Shown here: positions 55,863-64,000 of the stretch, one piece after another
How positions within the stretch are numbered: position 1 is the first letter of the stretch
Layout: the number at the start of each line of letters is the position of its first letter
IMG/VR virus record: IMGVR_UViG_3300025423_000009
Coordinates: 53,948-117,947 of that record
Source of the DNA: a virus
Direction: 5' to 3' (one strand)
DNA: 64,000 bases
The notes under the pieces: generated by a model
Database searches by the model: none
Told to the model about the DNA's origin: nothing
Seen by the model: only the letters and a program-made list of their open reading frames with translations
Program-made: the position numbers and the translations under genes

Positions 55863-56411
55863 TTAAGCAATTTTAGTTAGAATTGCACTTGCACCCATAA
55901 AATAAAATCCTGCATTCGCAAGAGCGCCGGTAGTGGTAACAGGAGCATTTAGTGTCAATGTTGTGGAAGTTGCTCCAGTGACTGTTATAGTGGCTACACC
56001 ATAAGCAGTATTAGCACAATCACGACCATATCCAGAGCCACCACCACGATGAAGTTGTATTCCGCAATACGCTGTAGTTGCAGGACTTGCGACTGTTGCT
56101 TTTTGATATACATAATATGAAAAATTTCCGCCCGCATCATTATTTCCAGCGCGAGTTTCAACAACTAGTTGCCATGTACCAGAAGCAAGATATACGCTCA
56201 TTGATATTGGAGAACTAGGAATCGTATACGATGTTGCCTGCCCATATGTAGGACTACCAACTATTCCAGACGAATCGATTATCAAATTGGCATTATAGCC
56301 TTGGGGCATGTATAACCTATATTGAGTTTGATATGAAAATGCATTGTTAATCTTCTGCCTTTGAATTTCAAAGGTGTCTGATTGTAATACTGGTGGAATA
56401 ATATCTGCCAT
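55863..56411 (-). CDS. Baseplate-attached fibre/connector protein (gp9/10-like N-terminus)
   Basis: SDTFEIQRQKIN motif; follows gp8; AT-rich. Confidence 0.6.
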   Translation of the reverse strand: MADIIPPVLQSDTFEIQRQKINNAFSYQTQYRLYMPQGYNANLIIDSSGIVGSPTYGQATSYTIPSSPISMSVYLASGTWQLVVETRAGNNDAGGNFSYYVYQKATVASPATTAYCGIQLHRGGGSGYGRDCANTAYGVATITVTGATSTTLTLNAPVTTTGALANAGFYFMGASAILTKIA

Positions 56412-56453
56412 AAAATTAGAATTGTGTTACGATGGTGAGTGACATATATTAAA

Positions 56454-58265
56454 TTAGAATTGAGTGATGACCGTGACGTTGACGTTTTGACCGGAAGCTT
56501 GATAGATCGGCGTGCGGTTTTGAATGTAGATGACTTCACCGGTTCCGGCCGAGTACTCATCTGAACCAGCCGTACCAATCGGACATGCCGACACCGAAGT
56601 GATCGTATATGCCATCGTACTGACCATGTAATTCGGAGACTTATAGACTTTGTAAGTGCTTCCGGAGGTGAATGGGATCGGCGTGATGTTCAAAGGAGAA
56701 CCAGACGCTTGAAATGTTGACGTGTTCTGATGATAGTACACGGTCGTGGTCGATCCGGTCGAAACCACGTAATCCACGTAGCCACGAGAGTTGCCTGACT
56801 CGATGATATCACCGGCCGCAACATTTGATGATCCAGTATTGAGAGTCAGATACTTCAGGCACCGATAAGTGTACGTTGAGCCGGTCGATGAAGTGAAGAC
56901 CACTGGATTACGAAGTAAAGTGACCTGACGGATATTGTCCGTAAATGGAACATCCGAGTTGCCAGGATATACGGACGAGTAGTTGAATGAGCCAAAGAAT
57001 CCGGCAAACCATGACGGAAGGTCCGTGACCACGTTGTAGCCAAAGCCGTTCCTCGGCGCGATACGAGGAATCAAAACAGCTCCCGATCCGGTATTGGCCG
57101 TGAATCGAACCGCTCCGATCGTGTAGCCTAGGCCAGAGGAGGTGATCGACACTGACGTGATGCCTCCGGCCGCATTTACGGCCGTTACGATTCCCGATGC
57201 GGTCGATGTTCCATCTCCGTCTATGACGAAGGTTGAAGCCGTTGTATAGTTTGTTCCGGCCGTAACGATACGCATCGAGTACACGGCGCCGGCCGAGGAA
57301 GTTGCCGTGGTGATGGCCGAAGCCGTTCCGACCGTCGTAGCGTTACGATAGATTTGAACGAACTGATTCGAATCCAGAGATCCAGGAGTGCAAATCCCCG
57401 TGGAAGACAACGAAGTCGTCGTGCCGACCGCGTATGTGGCCGCGGAAGTTGAAGCCGTATCTAGACCGAGGTCAGACACATACACCCATTGATATCCAGT
57501 GATTCCCTTGTTGCCAACCGTACCCATCGATCCGGTCGTAAGCGATGAGGGTTCCGACGTGGAAGGAAGCTGAGTGGCCGAATCGTATCCTGAGGCAACA
57601 CAGACATAGACTCGCGCCGGATTTCCAGATACTACGAAGCATGGAAACACGGTCTGTTGAGTCGATCCGATCGTGACGGTGGTCGGATAGAAGCACGTCG
57701 GATCGGATGGATCCCATGCTTTATAGTAGTTTCCATTACCCCACTGATATCGTGGAAGCAGATAACCAGCATTGCCAAAGATGGCCGGAACTCCGGAAAG
57801 GGATCCGACGATTACCTTCTGCATCGCGATCAGATTGGCTCGTGCATCGATCGAGGTCTTATCGGCCGGAACCGGAACTCCAGGATAGAGATCAGTTCCT
57901 TCCAAGCCACCAGAATAGGTATCGGACTTTCCGATGCCGATGTAATACTGCGTATAGAACGACAGAAGAGCGCCAGACAGAGAAGTTACCGGTGCTGGAG
58001 AGATCGTAAAGGAGTTGCTTCCCGTGGAGATTCCCGTGACGATCGTGGTCGTCGAGGATGTCAGCGATCCGGAACCGGTAGTGATTAGGACCATCATTCC
58101 GGTCTGCAGATTCGATGGAATAGCGCCGATCGTCGTGATCGACGCGGTCGTTGTGTTGATCGTCGAACATGAGCAGTTCGCGATCATGACTCGAGGATAC
58201 AGCATCTCGTCAAAGATGCTCTGTAAATTGTTGCGCCGAAAGCGTTGTGTGATGATAGCTGACAT
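56454..58265 (-). CDS. 8: Baseplate wedge gp8
   Basis: MSAIIT..FR, YYIGIG, W..G.YY..WD, GY.W.Y, GEVIYI.NR.PI. Confidence 0.88.
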   Translation of the reverse strand: MSAIITQRFRRNNLQSIFDEMLYPRVMIANCSCSTINTTTASITTIGAIPSNLQTGMMVLITTGSGSLTSSTTTIVTGISTGSNSFTISPAPVTSLSGALLSFYTQYYIGIGKSDTYSGGLEGTDLYPGVPVPADKTSIDARANLIAMQKVIVGSLSGVPAIFGNAGYLLPRYQWGNGNYYKAWDPSDPTCFYPTTVTIGSTQQTVFPCFVVSGNPARVYVCVASGYDSATQLPSTSEPSSLTTGSMGTVGNKGITGYQWVYVSDLGLDTASTSAATYAVGTTTSLSSTGICTPGSLDSNQFVQIYRNATTVGTASAITTATSSAGAVYSMRIVTAGTNYTTASTFVIDGDGTSTASGIVTAVNAAGGITSVSITSSGLGYTIGAVRFTANTGSGAVLIPRIAPRNGFGYNVVTDLPSWFAGFFGSFNYSSVYPGNSDVPFTDNIRQVTLLRNPVVFTSSTGSTYTYRCLKYLTLNTGSSNVAAGDIIESGNSRGYVDYVVSTGSTTTVYYHQNTSTFQASGSPLNITPIPFTSGSTYKVYKSPNYMVSTMAYTITSVSACPIGTAGSDEYSAGTGEVIYIQNRTPIYQASGQNVNVTVITQF

Positions 58266-58283
58266 GTGCTCGTGTTGAATTAT

Positions 58284-59759
58284 TTATACCAGCGATCTGG
58301 GCGGAGGAGTGATTGTGATCGCGGTTCCGATCGAGGCCGTCGAAGACAGAGAAGTCAGCAGAGTGACGGCTCCGGATGTCGTACTACAAGCCGTCACGAT
58401 CGCTCCTGAAGTCGAAGAGAACGTGCTGGATGTGGTAACATTGATGCCATACACGCTCATTCCGCTCGTGACATTCAGAGCCGAGATAGTGGAGATTGAG
58501 ATCGTATATGAACCAATCGAGGCCGTAGAAGATAAAGTCGTCGAGAAGACGACACTCGAGCCTACATTTGACCATTCCGCATATGAGTAACCAGACGCGG
58601 TTGCCGTTGATCCAGATCCAATAACGGTGATCGAAGTATTGGGAATCGTTGGATTATAGCCTCCAATCGCGTCGGCGATGACCATCGTACCATACTCTCC
58701 AATCGTTGTCGTATCCAGATCCCAGGCAAAGGATTGATAGTCGAGTTTCGCATCGTCCATTCGACTGTCCGAGATCTCCAAGATTCCAGTCAGAACGCCC
58801 GAGAACAGAGCGTAATACTTGAATCCGACCGGATGAACCATGGCTCGATACGATGCGTCGAATTGAGACTGAAGGATATTGACCGTGACCGTGTATGTGT
58901 ATGGAATCCAGGACGTCACGGCCGCGGAAGCTGATCCGATCGTGATTGGCTGACTGGACGTGGTGGTTAGTTCATTGAGCCAAGTCTGAACGTATCCAGC
59001 AATCGTGGATGATGGAGTATTGCTCAAATCACCGGTCAGAGCCGCGACGGTATTGAAGAACAGCTGAAAGAACGTATAGACCGAATCGCGTGAGCCTCGA
59101 GAATTATAGTAGTATTTGACGATCTTCTTGTAGAGCTGCGCACGAGTGTTGACCGACTGAGGAGAGGTATCACCGGACTGAATCGTCGTCGGGATCGGAG
59201 CATATGGAGCGATTAGCTTCTGCAGATGAGTCAGATATCCATAAGAGCTAATCTGATCCAGATCAAACTCACTCGTCAGCGTATTCAGGACGTTGGTCGG
59301 CATCTGATATGACTGAATCGCGTATGGCTGCTCATTATATGTTGGAGGAATGATGACGATGTAAGCCGAGGTTGAATCCGGAGTGACATTCAGCGTTCCA
59401 CTCGAGACGATGAATGTCGAGCCGACATCATTGTGAACGATCGTCGCGTATTGACCGGCTCCGGTACCGGATGAGATGTAGAACGTTGCATTGACGAGCT
59501 GATTGTATTGCAGGCTTAATGTGGTGTCCGTAATCGTATATTGACTTCCAGTACTATACGAGCTCGTTGAGGCGTAAGTGGCCGACGTAACGGTTGAGTT
59601 CTGAAAGAGGTATCCCGTGTTCAGGAACTTGTAATACTCCTCGAGGAAGGCGACGAAGGTCTGAGCCGTCGAAGCTACCTGTTCAGGAAGTAGATTCTGA
59701 ACGCGCGGCGATTCCAGGTTTCTGGGCTGCAGATCATTGATGCCAAGTGTGGACGTCAT
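58284..59759 (-). CDS. 7: Baseplate wedge initiator gp7-like
   Basis: FVAFLEEYY.FL, RGS.DS...FF..FF, HPVGF; position between gp6 and gp8. Confidence 0.75.
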   Translation of the reverse strand: MTSTLGINDLQPRNLESPRVQNLLPEQVASTAQTFVAFLEEYYKFLNTGYLFQNSTVTSATYASTSSYSTGSQYTITDTTLSLQYNQLVNATFYISSGTGAGQYATIVHNDVGSTFIVSSGTLNVTPDSTSAYIVIIPPTYNEQPYAIQSYQMPTNVLNTLTSEFDLDQISSYGYLTHLQKLIAPYAPIPTTIQSGDTSPQSVNTRAQLYKKIVKYYYNSRGSRDSVYTFFQLFFNTVAALTGDLSNTPSSTIAGYVQTWLNELTTTSSQPITIGSASAAVTSWIPYTYTVTVNILQSQFDASYRAMVHPVGFKYYALFSGVLTGILEISDSRMDDAKLDYQSFAWDLDTTTIGEYGTMVIADAIGGYNPTIPNTSITVIGSGSTATASGYSYAEWSNVGSSVVFSTTLSSTASIGSYTISISTISALNVTSGMSVYGINVTTSSTFSSTSGAIVTACSTTSGAVTLLTSLSSTASIGTAITITPPPRSLV

Positions 59760-59768
59760 GGAGTATCG

Positions 59769-62249
59769 TTATTGAATCGAGAATGTTTGGTATCCATTCG
59801 TTCCCGTGATTCCCGAGATGGCGATTGAATCAATTGATGCGGATACGGTCGAGGTAGGATCGATCTGCAGGATCTGATGACGACTCGGAGCGATGTCGAG
59901 TGACGCTGGACGAGAATAGATGTTTATGCTCGACGTTGTGTTTGCATCGATCACGGACGTGATCAGGACATACTGAGACGAAGCGTCAAGAGTGGTGTTT
60001 AAGGCCTGACTGATCGGCAATCCGGAAGACGAGACATAGATCACGTTCGAGCTGTTCGAGGACACGACGGCGGCCTGATACTGACCGGTGCCGGTCGCGA
60101 CGTAAAAGATCGATCCAACAAGCTGATTGGTATTGTACGACGCCGAGGAAACACTGATCGTCTGAATCGTTGTTCCGTTCGAAGATACTACGTTACCACG
60201 AGTGTACGTGTAGAGTTCCACACGCCCACTTGATGGATATACCGTTCCGATGTAGATGTCCGTACCTGAAGTCACGTACTTGGGATCCGATGCGGCCACT
60301 TGGCTCGAAGAGTTCGTAGACAGGAATAGACGTCGTGAGATACTCGAACTCGGATCATCACCGTCCTTGAGGTAGTAAGTTCCAGTCGGAGGCCGAATCG
60401 TGATCGTTGATCCGGACTGAGTCGACGTGGATACCGTGTTCATCGTTATGATCGTGTATGTTCCAGCATTGTTGATCGAGGAGATCGACACGGTCGTCGA
60501 ACTCGATATGCCGGTTCCGGAAAGAGTTGCACCGACAATCAGGTATGGATTCGGATTTGAGCCCGGGCTCGACGTGACGATCATGGAAGTCGAGTTGGTT
60601 GAGAACGAACCAATCACGATCATGCTACTACTTTGATTCGGAGCCGTCGGAGTGAGTGTGAATCCAGACGAAGAGATCATCGGAAGCGTTTGATTGATGG
60701 TGCCTGCCAAAGCGTTACCGTAAGTCGTCACCAGACCATTCGGAATCGAAGAGTACGCCGTGATTACGTCCGAAGAGATCGTGAAATTCGAGAGTGAGTA
60801 TACCTTGTAGAAAGTCACTTTGGCATCCGTATTGATGATTGATGGATCCGTCTGATCGATCAGCGTGGTCAGATTCGAGTAGCGAAAGACTCCAGTAAAG
60901 CTTTGTAGAGACGAGCCGTTATAGGACATCATCGTGTTATAGACGTTGGTATTCAGCGTCGCGCCCGGAAGGCTCGTCAAGTTTGGATTGTACTTGAATC
61001 CAACATTCAGAACGATCCACACGTAGTCCGGATCATAGAAATTGGTCTGCACGGTCATCACACGCTTAGTATCGAGGAATTGCTGAATTGCCAACTTATT
61101 GGAAGAAGAAAGAGTCGACGATCCTCCGATCGGCATAATGCAGATGTAGACCTGACCGGCATACTTGGAGGCATTTTGAGGATCGTAAGCCGCCTCGTCC
61201 TCTCCACCCCATACGTTGATCGCATTGATCAGAGGACCGTAAGTATTTGAGTTCAGCAGCAAGGCCACGTAGTCATTGGCCGTCACGGCGCGATTTTGCG
61301 TGGTCAGTGAGTTCGGAGCGTTGAAGCGAATCGAGTCGATCGATTCGGCTTCTGAGCCTCCGATCGAGGTCATCGCTCCGGTAACGGTCACGCTCGTGGC
61401 GGCGGACGGCGTCGAGTCCGCAAATGAGAATGACGAGCATCCATTGCCTTGAGATCCCTGAGTTGAGATGAATGACAACTGAACAACCTGCAAGTTATTC
61501 AGTTTGGCACCGATGTTTCCATCACCGAATGACACTTCGTAGTAGCCCTGAGTGTTCTGAGAGATGAAGTAGACGTTGCCATTATTCGTGCCATTAACCC
61601 CACTGATGCCAAGTGAGCTGCTCGGAGTGGATCCGAACTGAAAATATGGAGTCGATGTGGTCGTGTTCTGATGATCGAGCACATTGACGGTCAGAGTTGT
61701 GATGTCTACGCTCGAATCATCGATCGTGAACTTTTGATTCGGCACCGAAGAGTCAACCAGATAGCTGATGGTCTTCAGAGTGCCCTGCACGACATTGACA
61801 TTCGAAAAAGTGAAAGTTCCGTCGACGACCTGTGTTGTCACGTCGTTCAGAGTCACGAACGTAAATGAACCATAGCCGTTTGTCGAGACGAATTTAGTTC
61901 CTTGAGGAATCGTCAGGGACTGAGCCGTGCCGGTGGCCGGACATGAAAGAGATAGCGTAGCCTGAGCGCCATGAGCCGAACCCGGTAGATAGCCGATCAA
62001 CTTGGCCTGTGAGACTACGGATGAGCGAAGTTGAGCCGTATCAATGAACGACTCATTGACGTTCATGTGTGCCAAAATGGCATTATAGTGAGTGTTGTAA
62101 GCCAGGACGTCAAGCAGCATCGAGAGGCCAGATCCCTGATAGTTCCAGTCACGGAAAGGTGATGCTGACTGTGTCTTAAAGTAGGCGATTAGATTCTGTT
62201 TAATCTGATCGAAGTCGAGGTCCGTGACATTGAGTAGGTTCTGTGCCAT
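59769..62249 (-). CDS. 6: Baseplate wedge gp6
   Basis: LDFDQIK.NL, G..MLLDVLAYNTHY, A.LRSSVVS, FGDG.IG, QNRAVTA.DY, WGGED. Confidence 0.95.
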   Translation of the reverse strand: MAQNLLNVTDLDFDQIKQNLIAYFKTQSASPFRDWNYQGSGLSMLLDVLAYNTHYNAILAHMNVNESFIDTAQLRSSVVSQAKLIGYLPGSAHGAQATLSLSCPATGTAQSLTIPQGTKFVSTNGYGSFTFVTLNDVTTQVVDGTFTFSNVNVVQGTLKTISYLVDSSVPNQKFTIDDSSVDITTLTVNVLDHQNTTTSTPYFQFGSTPSSSLGISGVNGTNNGNVYFISQNTQGYYEVSFGDGNIGAKLNNLQVVQLSFISTQGSQGNGCSSFSFADSTPSAATSVTVTGAMTSIGGSEAESIDSIRFNAPNSLTTQNRAVTANDYVALLLNSNTYGPLINAINVWGGEDEAAYDPQNASKYAGQVYICIMPIGGSSTLSSSNKLAIQQFLDTKRVMTVQTNFYDPDYVWIVLNVGFKYNPNLTSLPGATLNTNVYNTMMSYNGSSLQSFTGVFRYSNLTTLIDQTDPSIINTDAKVTFYKVYSLSNFTISSDVITAYSSIPNGLVTTYGNALAGTINQTLPMISSSGFTLTPTAPNQSSSMIVIGSFSTNSTSMIVTSSPGSNPNPYLIVGATLSGTGISSSTTVSISSINNAGTYTIITMNTVSTSTQSGSTITIRPPTGTYYLKDGDDPSSSISRRLFLSTNSSSQVAASDPKYVTSGTDIYIGTVYPSSGRVELYTYTRGNVVSSNGTTIQTISVSSASYNTNQLVGSIFYVATGTGQYQAAVVSSNSSNVIYVSSSGLPISQALNTTLDASSQYVLITSVIDANTTSSINIYSRPASLDIAPSRHQILQIDPTSTVSASIDSIAISGITGTNGYQTFSIQ

Positions 62250-62252
62250 AGC

Positions 62253-62723
62253 TTATCTTAAGCGTTCTAGGTAAAAGTTGACTGCCGTAGTGGTATTTAG
62301 CACCACGATGTTGAAGTTGATGGTGATTGAGTACGAGTTGATGTCCGACTGATCGATGACGGCTACGGCGACGCGATTGACTCGAGGTTCATATTCCGTG
62401 ATGACTCGAGTGATCTCTCGCTGTAAAGCCATGGCCGTGTAGGTATCCGCGTTCTCGAAGAGGAGTGCTCGAGCGTTTGAGCCACGAAATGGTTGAAACG
62501 GCGCCTCATAGAAATTCGTCAGAACCAGATTTCGAACCGCGTTCTTGACCGCGTCAATGTCCGTTAAGGGGACCACGTCATTCTGCCTCGGATGAACAAA
62601 AGAGGTGGAAGATCCTGAGCTCGTGATGACCGTAATGTCACGAATATCGATGTCAGCATAGATCTGGCTCGACGCCACTTTGAATGGTGCCGACGAGTTG
62701 TAGTCAGAGGTTGCCGAGCTCAT
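62253..62723 (-). CDS. 25: Baseplate wedge gp25
   Basis: AVKNAVRNLVLTN..E.PF, LLFE, YEPRV, FYLERLR. Confidence 0.93.
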   Translation of the reverse strand: MSSATSDYNSSAPFKVASSQIYADIDIRDITVITSSGSSTSFVHPRQNDVVPLTDIDAVKNAVRNLVLTNFYEAPFQPFRGSNARALLFENADTYTAMALQREITRVITEYEPRVNRVAVAVIDQSDINSYSITINFNIVVLNTTTAVNFYLERLR

Positions 62724-62741
62724 TGCTTCTATTTATCGTGC

Positions 62742-63653
62742 TTACGTGATTTGTATAGCGGCCCAATAGAAAGTTCCATTTTGTCCGCTACCGTTAATAT
62801 TGGCATTGAAGCCATTCGGAGATAAGTCTACAAAGCGTGGAAGGGTCGCATCGACTTGAGTTAAAGATCCGGCCACGACAACATAGTTAGCAGATGGCAT
62901 CGGAGTTGTAAATACCACGGTTCCGGCGATTCCACTCGTTGAACCAGGATAGGTCAATACAACGGTTCCAGATCGAATGTTTTGATTGATCGTCGTAGCC
63001 GCCAGATTGATCTTAGATCCGGCTATATTGATGACTCCATTTGGTGCCAATTCAACGAATCCACCATCCTTATGAAACAATGAGATTCGTTCATGGTTTT
63101 TAGTGTCATCATATTCGATCACATGGCCCGAGCGAGTCTTGATGACCTGATTGTTCGGATACGATGGAGCAATATATGAAAGATCGATGAATGATCCGGC
63201 GAAGGCGCTCTTGGCCGCAACGGTCAGAGAGCTTGAAGTCGCCTCGCTCGGAATGTCGAATCCTAGAGCTTGAGGATTGACTCCAGAAGGATCCGAGAAT
63301 CCTTTGGTCGAATCAGCCTTGCTGCTTGACTTGGAAGCGATGGTTCCTAGAACGATCGGATCCTGAGCCGATGGCCCATCACGAAAAAAGCCAATAACCC
63401 AAGATCCTTGTTGAATTCCGGTGGCCGACTGTCCGATTCCAGCCATGGAAGGAGACGTGATCGGAAGTAGGCATAGGGCCCAGGGAAGTCCAGAAGTCGG
63501 AAGCGCCGCAAGGTTATCGGTATGATATCCTACACAGCGAACTCGTACGCGTCCCATCTGAAGAGGATCGCTGACGTCCTCGACGACTCCGTGAAACCAG
63601 TAGAAGTTTCCTCCATACGACGCGAAGTCGTCTTTATGATGAATCGAGAGCAT
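62742..63653 (-). CDS. 5: Baseplate spike gp5 (OB-fold plus short beta-helix, no lysozyme)
   Basis: GVVEDV.DP..MGRVRVRC.G.H, LPWA, WV.GFF.DG..AQ.P.V.G, TRSGH..EYDDT. Confidence 0.92.
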   Translation of the reverse strand: MLSIHHKDDFASYGGNFYWFHGVVEDVSDPLQMGRVRVRCVGYHTDNLAALPTSGLPWALCLLPITSPSMAGIGQSATGIQQGSWVIGFFRDGPSAQDPIVLGTIASKSSSKADSTKGFSDPSGVNPQALGFDIPSEATSSSLTVAAKSAFAGSFIDLSYIAPSYPNNQVIKTRSGHVIEYDDTKNHERISLFHKDGGFVELAPNGVINIAGSKINLAATTINQNIRSGTVVLTYPGSTSGIAGTVVFTTPMPSANYVVVAGSLTQVDATLPRFVDLSPNGFNANINGSGQNGTFYWAAIQIT

Positions 63654-63654
63654 G

Positions 63655-64000
63655 TCAGGATTTATTTAAGTCGTAGGTCAGGGAGTCGCGCTTGACTCGC
63701 ATCTTACAATGATACTGATCGGAGAAGTGATGAACCAGTGAAGTGATCAGATAGGTGCCAGACACGGTTCGATCGTATAGATCATCGAACTTACCCTTCA
63801 TGGTACTCTGATCGAACTGTCGAGGATCGATCGACTTAGGAATCTGCACGATCACTTTCTTGCCAACCGACAGATTGAAGTCTCCGGCCACCATCAGATC
63901 ATGAACGATTGTGTCCATTGTTTCGATGCGTGAGTTGATCTTTCCGGCACGATTCGTGAGGAGAGTGTGATAATTGAATACGGATCCGTCAGTCGAATAG
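63655..64000 (-). CDS. Baseplate hub-like protein (5' end beyond the window)
   Basis: Frame open to the edge; V.GD.....G...SG.YLIT.L.H.F motif. Confidence 0.65.
   Translation of the reverse strand, partial: YSTDGSVFNYHTLLTNRAGKINSRIETMDTIVHDLMVAGDFNLSVGKKVIVQIPKSIDPRQFDQSTMKGKFDDLYDRTVSGTYLITSLVHHFSDQYHCKMRVKRDSLTYDLNKS

Noticed and set aside
352-60636. Most plus-strand ORFs in the track
   Set aside because: Antisense to well-supported minus-strand genes, with no recognisable domains.

Overview
A 64-kb segment of a T4-like (Straboviridae/Kyanoviridae-type) myophage genome. Essentially all genes lie on the minus strand in T4-like order. Read in transcription direction (right to left) it has: baseplate genes (partial hub, gp5, gp25, gp6, gp7, gp8); a block of fibre-like and signal-peptide-bearing proteins; neck and tail genes gp13-15; terminase gp16/17; sheath, tube, portal, scaffold, protease and major capsid (gp18-23); gp3, uvsY and a fractured uvsW; gp55, gp47, gp46; a vWA/MoxR(CobS-like) pair; clamp and loader (gp45/44/62) and regA; a four-domain polyprotein; hsp20; split gp43A/B; an AEP-like primase; a seven-gene glycan island (five GT-like genes, a methyltransferase, UDP-galactopyranose mutase); a tRNA cluster with interleaved structured RNAs; and a dCMP hydroxymethylase (gp42) plus dCMP deaminase. 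The main observations are: (1) uvsW is split in two, and the facing ends look like a catalytically dead split-intein remnant. (2) An 834-aa late polyprotein (Ntn-hydrolase, unknown domain, HAD nucleotidase, lysozyme) has prohead-protease-like [LM]xE sites in every linker. (3) A T4-type hmC pathway occurs together with a UGM/GT island, and a Ser/Thr-rich module recurs in the capsid, sheath and three baseplate proteins. (4) Several fibre-like proteins carry Sec-type signal peptides, next to a probable outer-membrane beta-barrel. (5) A CCA-terminated tRNA-like RNA lies among the tRNAs. Annotations come from motif recognition by eye; no searches were run.
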